Positions 56,216 through 64,000 of a stretch of DNA of 64,000 nt are shown here, piece by piece (positions within the stretch are counted from its first letter, which is position 1; each line of letters starts with the position of its first letter). Below the pieces are notes generated by a model that saw only the letters and a list, made by a program, of their open reading frames with translations, was not told the DNA's origin and searched no databases. Source of the stretch: Chlorokybus atmophyticus (taxonomy: Eukaryota > Plantae > Mesostigma and Chlorokybus algae); NCBI GenBank assembly GCA_009103225.1, contig RHPI01000277.1, positions 141,633-205,632 of the forward strand, written 5' to 3'. A program made the translations under genes and the position numbers.

Positions 56216-59200
56216 TGGGACTGGCGGCACATGTGGGTGTTGTCGTCGGCGGTGTTGTCGACAGGGTCGTCCCAGCAAGGGTTGTGGCCACCGAGCCAGC
56301 TCCACTTGTGGCTTCCAACGACGCTGCTGTTGACGATGCGCCTGCCTCTCTGCGCGCACGTCTCGATGGTTAAACACGCGATGCAGGGGGGGAGTCTCTT
56401 TCGCGTTTATATGCCATTAAGGCCCATCGGGCAGCGTAGCAGGCTTGGTAGTTTTGCTCTTTGTTTTTTTCCAGCTGGGCCACTCGTACCATGAGGGCCG
56501 CGACTTGGTCGATAATTAATGAACCAGGTGATGCTTTGACAGCAGCAGCTCCGACGCGAGGGCGTTCATCGGGTCCCTTGCGCTGTGGAGGGCGATTCTC
56601 TGTGGCCAGTCTCCTCTTTTCGAGCGCCGGTGATTGCTGTTGGGGTTGTGGCCACCAGTGTTGTTGCCGTTGTTGTTACCACCAGCGTCGTTGCTGTTGT
56701 TGTAGCCACCAGCACTGCTATTGTTGTAGCCCCCGCTGTTATTGTTGTTATTGTTGTTGTTGCTGCAATAGTTTCCAGCGTTGTTGCTGTTGTTGTAGCC
56801 AATAGAGGGCCGTAGCTCGGGGAACTTGAGCCAGCATACTGCCTCTGAGTGTCCCACCTTGTGGCAGTAGTCGCACACAAGGTTGCCGTAATTTGCGGTG
56901 CACTTCTTTTTGTAGTGCCCATGTCGACCACGCTGATGGCACAACACTGGAGCAACAAGCGCAGCATAAGCTGACCATTTATGCTTGTTGCGCGTGACTT
57001 GAGCATCTTGACTGCGTTTTCGTCGAGGGGGCTCAGCACTCGCGCTTGCCATGGGACGTGAGGCGCTTTAGTTGGTGTCCAACACCGCCTTCTCATACAC
57101 CGCGCGCTTGTGAATGGCTTGTGCAGTCTCGAAAGCTTCTTTGAGGGTGTAGCCGAGGGGCCTACTATAGTTCAGTGTCAAACGCATCGACTCACTCAAG
57201 GTGGGGTCCAACTCAGCCACGTACACCACTGCAGCTGCCTCCTCACTGGCGATCTTGTAATCAGTATTCCTTCCAGCCGCGTATACAACCGGAGAGGGTC
57301 CTCATTGGGCCTCCGTAAAAGCGTCTCAACTCCTCTACGGTGATGGTGGTCTGGGGCGGGAAGGTACGCCGCAGTGCTGCGTACAAGTCCTTGAGAGGAG
57401 AGTTCGACATAAAAGCACCAACGGTGATGGCTGGTGCGCGCAACGCCACCGAGCCAAGTGTGAAAGGCTGAGGCTCCTGCCGGAGTATGCGAGCCCGGTA
57501 TTGGCGGTACTGGCGTCCCCGTTTTCAAGGCTGCAGATTGTTGTTCAGCCTGTTGAGCCTCGATGATGGCAGCGGCGCGGTTAAGCACTCTGGTCCGTCG
57601 GTTGGCCTTCTTGACCTCGACCTTTGCAGGTGTTAGCGAGGCAACAACCAGCTCGTCTTCGTCCTTTGCTTGTTGCATGGCTAGGGCCAACGCCCGCCCA
57701 GTGACTCGGGTTGGAGGGACCACTGCTGCTAAGGCAGCAGCTGCTGGGCTATATGTCGGTGCAGGTCCTATGGTGCTGGCAAGCTCGCCATAGCCATCGA
57801 CTCTGTGCAGCTCAATGGACTTCCACACATCGTGTGCCTCATGTTCAAGGTACTGCACCCTGATAAGGAATGACACCTCATCTGACCAGTCCTTGTTTTG
57901 GAGGGCTTGCTACCGCAACTTGGATAGGAACTTGATGATGAAGTCATCAAGTGGTGTGGTGCCCGCACGTCCGAAAAAGCGCAGGGAGTTGGTTGAGCTG
58001 GAGGGCTCCATTTCTTCGTCGTCACTGTCCGAAGGAGGTGGAAAAGCTTAATGGCAAGGAGTGAAGTGGGAGGAGCTGAAGCCGGAGACGGGGCGTGAGC
58101 CTCTGCTGCTACGGTAACTGCTTCCTTCACTTACTCGTTCGTAGGTGAGGTTGGAGATCGGGCTCCAGCTGCTAAGGTCCCCCTCGTCTGTTGGCGAGAA
58201 CAGGGTGGGCCTGCGCATACAGCTGATGCGAAGATGAAAGTGTATGAAGGATAGAGTGTTTGTGCTCTACACGGTTATGTAATGTTATCTAATGCCGCTA
58301 CCACTCACCGCACTAGTGCTTGTGCGCTCTATGTGATAATAGTGACAATGATGCACGAAGATGTATGCTACTGCAGGTTGCTCTGGTGTGCAGGATGCAA
58401 CCATACTCACTTGAGCAAAGAGGGTGACACTGTGAGTCAACAAGCCACTACTATAGGTCGTGCTCTTTACACAGTTCTTTGAGTGAGTGGAAAATGTGTT
58501 ACACTGTTAAGTGAGGTGAATGAGTAAGCAACACGTGGATGCTATGCTCCGACTGATGCCAACAAGCACATCGCGACCCAGCGTACTAAGCTCACAGCAA
58601 CGACAAGCACGGTGCACACGAGCATGCACACACTCTCACACGGTGAGGGGATTCTTAGTAACCAGGACGGCGTGTTTGTAGTTCACGTTGCTTCACAAGC
58701 TCCTAGCTTTCTCTCTTATAGTGTCACCAGCTGATCCGATGACCACCGCGACTACTTATACAAGTCAAATCATGACTGTTCAGAACACAAGCTAACGGTC
58801 ATATCAGGGCTATTCCCACTTGAAACTCTCCCTCGATATAAAACATAACGCGTAACTAAATTCACATCTGAGACAGCTACGAGTGGTGCCTATGTGGGCT
58901 ACGGCCATGAGCTAGTCCAAGGTCATGATCTACCTACTGGTCTATGACGTGCATGGGTTGGTATGCTGATAGTCTGGGCGAGGGTCTTGATGTAAGCATG
59001 CCACAGGTGCAGGTTGGCACACGACGACAATGGGCATGACATCTCGCAACATCTTCAGCCTTAGTGTTGCCAACAAACGCTTCATGGGGTGACCGTCCCA
59101 GTGTGAATGAGGCTGGTGGCGACAGCCAGGGGACCGCTTGAGGTGAGGTTGGTCATGATTCTGACACGCGCCCTGCATGACCACACCGCTTGTGCTTGTA

Positions 59201-60979
59201 CCGCTGTGCAGCGTCCGCTGCAGCTATTTTTGGTAGCCATTACCTACAGCATAGCTGCATGTGCTGATCGCGCTCAGTCAATGTATACACCCCCGCACCC
59301 CATGCCTGCAAGAAGACATGCATATGCACACAAGTGCACACACCAGTGACTGCGCTACAAACATGCACCATGCATGACCGTCATGACATCAGCACACTAC
59401 TCACTCATATGTTCTGTACCCATGGCATCGCCAACACTCTCACGCATTGCACAGAGACACACTGACTCCCGCATGGACACAGCCGCATGCAGGCAGGCGT
59501 GTGCAGTTAGCTCATGCACTCACACGCACACACCAATCAATGAGAGGGGACGACGACGCGTGGGGACAACCAGCGCCGTGTGTTATGACGCGCGGGTTGC
59601 CCGCACTCAAAGCGCGCAGGGCAACGTGGAACTTGCGAGGGCGGTGTTATTCTGGGCCGCTGTCTTTATTGTTTGTTTCTGTTTCAGAAACTGTTGGGTC
59701 CGTTGCGCAGGGCAACGCGGTGCTGCTGCAACTGTGGGCGCTGTTTGACTTGCGGTACTGCACGCCGGATTATGCAGGAGCACTTGTCCTAGATCGGAGT
59801 TTCGTATGCGTGCCAATGTGATCGCAGGTGCAGACGTGCGCGTACGCATTGCGTCCATGTGTGTGTCCAACAACATGCATGAGACGGAAAACCTGTATCC
59901 AACGTGTTCTCGTGTCCCCTTGACAGGACTTCCCGCAAAGCAGGTGGCTCTGAGGCGGACCCTCGCCACGCCACGCACATACTTGCGTTGAAGCCAGTGG
60001 GAGCGTCGTTGCATGCGTGCGTACGTGGGAGGCGGCACGGGTGTGTCTCGCGGCACTGACGAGTGCGCTGTCTTCGGCACCGTTGTTGTGTGGATGGAAG
60101 GGGCACTCGTGCGTGTGCGCGCAGACCTGACCCGGCAAGGAATGCACACGGATACACATGTTGATACATGCGCAACACGAATGCACTTGCACGTGCACTG
60201 CATGCGTGTGACACACGCATGCAGTGCACACACGCATATGGATAGGAAATGAACGCACGTATGCCCCTACCCCTACCCACACCCACACCTACTCGTATGA
60301 TAGTGCCACCCAGTGGGTGGATGTGCTTGCAGTCACATGCACTCACACACGGACGCGCGCGCACAGATGCATGCACACACGCGCGCGCACAAGCACACAC
60401 ACGCACGCACGCTCACGCGCACGGGCGCATTTGCGCATGCGTTTGCGCACACTGACTCCCCCCGACACGCAGACATGAACCCATTCCTATCAAAGATTCG
60501 CTCTTGACCCTACCTCTCCTTCCACACAGTTTCCGTAGGCCCCGGAAGCTGTCTTGACAGGAGGAGCATTGTTGCCCCGGTGCGAGGTGCTGATGGGTAA
60601 TGTTGGGTTGGGTGTAGAGAAGATGCGGCTTGATGACCCAACGGGAGGTCCGGTTTGTGACGTGACAAGGTTGAACTACATCTCTGACGTGCCGAGAGTC
60701 GACTGAGACACGTGCGTATTACAGAGTCGGACTGATGGGTGAAAGAGATATAAGCACAAAAGTCTCTGTGTCTGCACTCTCTGTGCATGACAAGAGTACT
60801 ACCAAGTTGGCAAAACAAATCAGCAGATAGAGTTGTTGACGTGACTTCAATCACCGAGCAGTAAGCCGGGCCGCTGCCCCATCCGGCATTGTGATAAGTC
60901 ATGTGGGTTGGTGCGCGTATGGCTGTGCATGCACGTGTTGTTGAAATGCCCATCAAACTCAGTGGCACGACAGTGTATG

Positions 60980-61135
60980 CACTTACGCGCAAAGGGGGGT
61001 GAGGCGTCCCCCACGACAACGAGTTTGGCGGTGGAGCACGTCAGCGCCACATTGGTGCGGCGGTAGTCCTCTACCAACCCAATGGCGCCGTCAGGGTTGC
61101 CCCGAAGTGAAACAACCTGATCAAGCAGCTCATCA
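60980..61135 (-). pseudogene. Superfamily-1 (UPF1/DNA2/NAM7-like, AAA_12) helicase C-terminal fragment
   Basis: DQVVSLRGNPDGAIGLVEDYRRTNVALTCSTAKLVVVGDA resembles the motif VI region (IGFLxDxRRxNVAxTRA..LVVVG), but the TRA arginine is replaced. The other exons cannot be assembled confidently. Confidence 0.55.
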
Positions 61136-62424
61136 CGCACCAACAACAACACGACACCCGCTCGTGGCTTCTTGTGGACACACCGTCCTCCTCCTCCTCC
61201 TCCTCCTTGTGCTGCCCGCACCCGCCGTGTCAATCACCTCTAAAACACGCACCCTAGTACCATTCGATGTGTATCAGTGCCGCAAGTCCACTCAAGCCCG
61301 TACGTGGCAAGCGTGTCACAACCGTGTTGTCTCAACATGTTAATACTGTTTTCTACTGTTCTCTCAAAATTAGAGTAATGGCTTTCCCGACACGTCGGCC
61401 ATGTTGTTGTGGTCTTGTTGGCATTGAAGAAAGTGGAGAGACGTGTTGGGTTGGTTCATGTTGGTATGCGTGTTGTGCTCCGTCAACTCTGGACACGGCG
61501 TGCGAGGACAGCAGACCGGGCTGGCCAACATTCCCTCTCTAGTACGCACATACACATGTGAACAGGCACATGTAGACGCTCGTGCGTGAGCACGAGACGC
61601 ACGACAACGTCGACAACGTTTGCAACATGTCGTTTAGATAGAACACGACGAGTGATACATGCACGCTGTGTGGAAAGACAACATACTGTGTGTGCTTACA
61701 TATCCTGCCAGCGTCCCTCACGCATCCTGCCGCGATTGCCCCGCGCACTCGCGGCGGCACTGCTTGCAAGCATGAGAGAGATACACACCCCAACACACAC
61801 GCAGATTGTGGGTGCTTATGGTTCCCTGCTCGTTCAACGTGTGTGTGATTGTGTTTCTGTGTATGTGTACGTGTACGTGTACATGCATGTGAGTGTGCTC
61901 ACGCCGTACTATATATGTGCAGGTATATGTCTAGCCATGTGTGTATGTGTATGAATGGGTATGGGTATGCATATGCATATCTGTATGTGTACATACCGTC
62001 TAGCGATCTTGGTCAGCTCATTGGCCTCTTGTGTTTCAACCCTGTGCTTCCTTGCATGTTGGCTGCGCTAGCTGAACTGCTGCTTAGGGGTGTGGTTCGC
62101 CAATGCTACGCTCACGTGCTCTAACGGGACACACGCAGCCATGAGGCCACTCACAACATGTTGTGACACATTGGGTCTACATACCCAACACACACGTGGA
62201 CGCACGCGAGACACATCCCAACACCTGTGATGCCCAGGGCGCACGGGCGGCAACGCGGGCTCGCGCTCAGCGCAGCGGCGCGTTGGCAAGATTGCCAACC
62301 TGAAGAGAATACAACAACTTTGAATGGATCGGCCCTGTAGGGCGGCGGCGGCGGCAGCGGCGATCTAGTTCTCTTGAGCATCTTTCGCGGCCTTTTCTTG
62401 GGGTGTGTGTGTGGGGGGGGCTGG

Positions 62425-62851
62425 NNNNNNNNNNNNNNNNNNNNNNNNNNNNNNNNNNNNNNNNNNNNNNNNNNNNNNNNNNNNNNNNNNNNNNNNNNNN
62501 NNNNNNNNNNNNNNNNNNNNNNNNNNNNNNNNNNNNNNNNNNNNNNNNNNNNNNNNNNNNNNNNNNNNNNNNNNNNNNNNNNNNNNNNNNNNNNNNNNNN
62601 NNNNNNNNNNNNNNNNNNNNNNNNNNNNNNNNNNNNNNNNNNNNNNNNNNNNNNNNNNNNNNNNNNNNNNNNNNNNNNNNNNNNNNNNNNNNNNNNNNNN
62701 NNNNNNNNNNNNNNNNNNNNNNNNNNNNNNNNNNNNNNNNNNNNNNNNNNNNNNNNNNNNNNNNNNNNNNNNNNNNNNNNNNNNNNNNNNNNNNNNNNNN
62801 NNNNNNNNNNNNNNNNNNNNNNNNNNNNNNNNNNNNNNNNNNNNNNNNNNN
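62425..62851. other. Assembly gap
   Basis: N run. Confidence 1.
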
Positions 62852-63099
62852 TATGGTGTATGTATGGGGGGGGGGGGCTCCTGGATGATGCCAGACCCTC
62901 CTGCGCTTTCCCTAACTGCCTCTCCCCCTCTTTTCTCTCTGCCTCACCACCGTTGACCAAGCTGATCTATTTTTGCCGCCTGATCGGACCTACCGGCGCA
63001 GCGTTGCCTGCTCCGTCTGTGGCGAGCTTTTCCCTTCCCAATGACTTTTAATCACCCTCCCCCTCTTCCCCTTCCTTCCCCCGACCGCGCCCACATCCC

Positions 63100-63990
63100 C
63101 GACCCCTCCCACTCCCATGGAAAGTGATCTCTCCTCTCTCCCCACTCAGTCTGTTCCTGCGTGGACGGATACCAATCCCTGTCTCCAATCAGTCTAGTCC
63201 GGCCTCCCCCACCCTCCAGGAGCCCCCCCTCAACCCCTTCCTCTGCATCCACAGATAAGATTTGTTCAATAATAGATACTGCACTTGACTCTGTCACTAC
63301 CACTATGCTAGACAATGCTGCTAGCATGGCCAGGTTCTCATTGTCGGACACACACGTAGCTATGTGGCTTGCGCATTTACGTGCTTCCTGCTTAGTCTTT
63401 ATCTCCCCATTTACTCCATCTCTCTCCCGGTGACATCCGTTCGTACTGCATGACTACACGCTGCGTGCACCGACGGATACGGTAGCTTTATGATCTCCTC
63501 TATCCACGATGTGTTGCACTGGGAGTTTCACTGTGTTTTGCACTCTTACGGCCTGCTCTGAGATCTTGTCACGGCAGCTACTCGCTCTCTCCCCACCTTC
63601 CATGGGCAGCCAGTACGTGTGCTCAGGTGGGGGGAGACTGCACGGGCTCAGTCGCGGGCTGAGGTTCCTTTCTAGGGGCCACAGAGATCGTGGAGCCCTT
63701 CCTCAAGACCGCTTTGCGCAGCTATGGTGAGCTGGGTTGCCCCCTGCTCTCATCTTCAGATGTTACACCCTTCTCCACCTCAGGCAGTCGTTTTCAGTTC
63801 TTGCCGCTCCCTGGGCGAATACTGCCTAAGAAGCTTCAGTTCACCTATGAGCTGGCCGCCCCCTCTGAGACCATCGTCATCGTCCTTACACCGACACCCC
63901 CTCACCTTTTTCAACTGCGCACAGGAAGGCACCCCAGAGAAGCATGCCCACAGCTGCAAGCGCAAGCCACCAGCTCCTCCCCTGCATTGA
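63100..63990 (+). mobile_element. Probable degenerate L1 LINE ORF1 region
   Basis: Pyrimidine-rich 5' region, then SLPTFHGQPVRVLRW, EIVEPFLKTALRSYG and a decayed knuckle (LTFFNCAQEG). Stops and frameshifts. Confidence 0.45.
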
Positions 63991-64000
63991 CAGCCCCCCC

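Larger units (their letters stand above)
52955..58900 (-). mobile_element. Ty3/Gypsy-like retrotransposon carrying a cytosine DNA methyltransferase domain; degenerate and truncated before RT
   Basis: Gag-like region (LYAALRRTFPP..EELRRF..EDPLRLYTRL). Zinc knuckles CHQRGRHGHYKKKC (degenerate) and CDYCHKVGHSEAVC (56875-56834). Aspartic protease MLDTGAQLVIIG...FDFLVG (from 54975). C5-MTase at 54260-53300. Then the Ty3 pre-RT segment QFSFNVKELGTCSVYQMDVELVNTEPV, ending at ~52955. The 5' boundary and LTR are not defined. Confidence 0.85.

Noticed and set aside
58270-58900. 5' LTR and PBS of the methyltransferase-bearing element
   Set aside because: No second copy in the window and no convincing tRNA-complementary PBS, so the boundary is left undefined.

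Overview
Eukaryotic, intron-rich genomic DNA, most likely from a green alga of the streptophyte lineage (inference from plant-type gene families and DNMT-bearing Gypsy elements). It is a draft assembly with four N-gaps and two very long (AG)n/(CT)n tracts. 0.2-14.3 kb is a compact block of intact spliced genes: a hypothetical, ureidoglycine aminohydrolase, a hypothetical, a plastid DUF2358-like protein, mitochondrial HSP70 and V-ATPase subunit E. 15-20 kb is a more AT-rich island with no recognisable gene. 23-28 kb holds two head-to-head intron-retaining pseudogenes: a pyruvoyl-dependent arginine decarboxylase, and a kinesin-8 hit by a LINE and missing its P-loop. About 30.3-31.2 kb is a plant At1g19020-like small gene. 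33.9-42.3 kb holds two oppositely oriented, decayed chromodomain Ty3/Gypsy copies whose target-site duplications look swapped, suggesting an inversion. A telomere-like ~180-bp satellite, palindromes and a decayed Crinkler-like (REase + kinase) gene follow. 53-58 kb is the most notable element: a retrotransposon with gag, zinc knuckles and aspartic protease followed directly by a complete, frameshifted C5 cytosine DNA methyltransferase domain, truncated just before RT. The right end has SF1-helicase and L1 ORF1 fragments. All family calls are from manual translation and motif recognition; no database searches were run.
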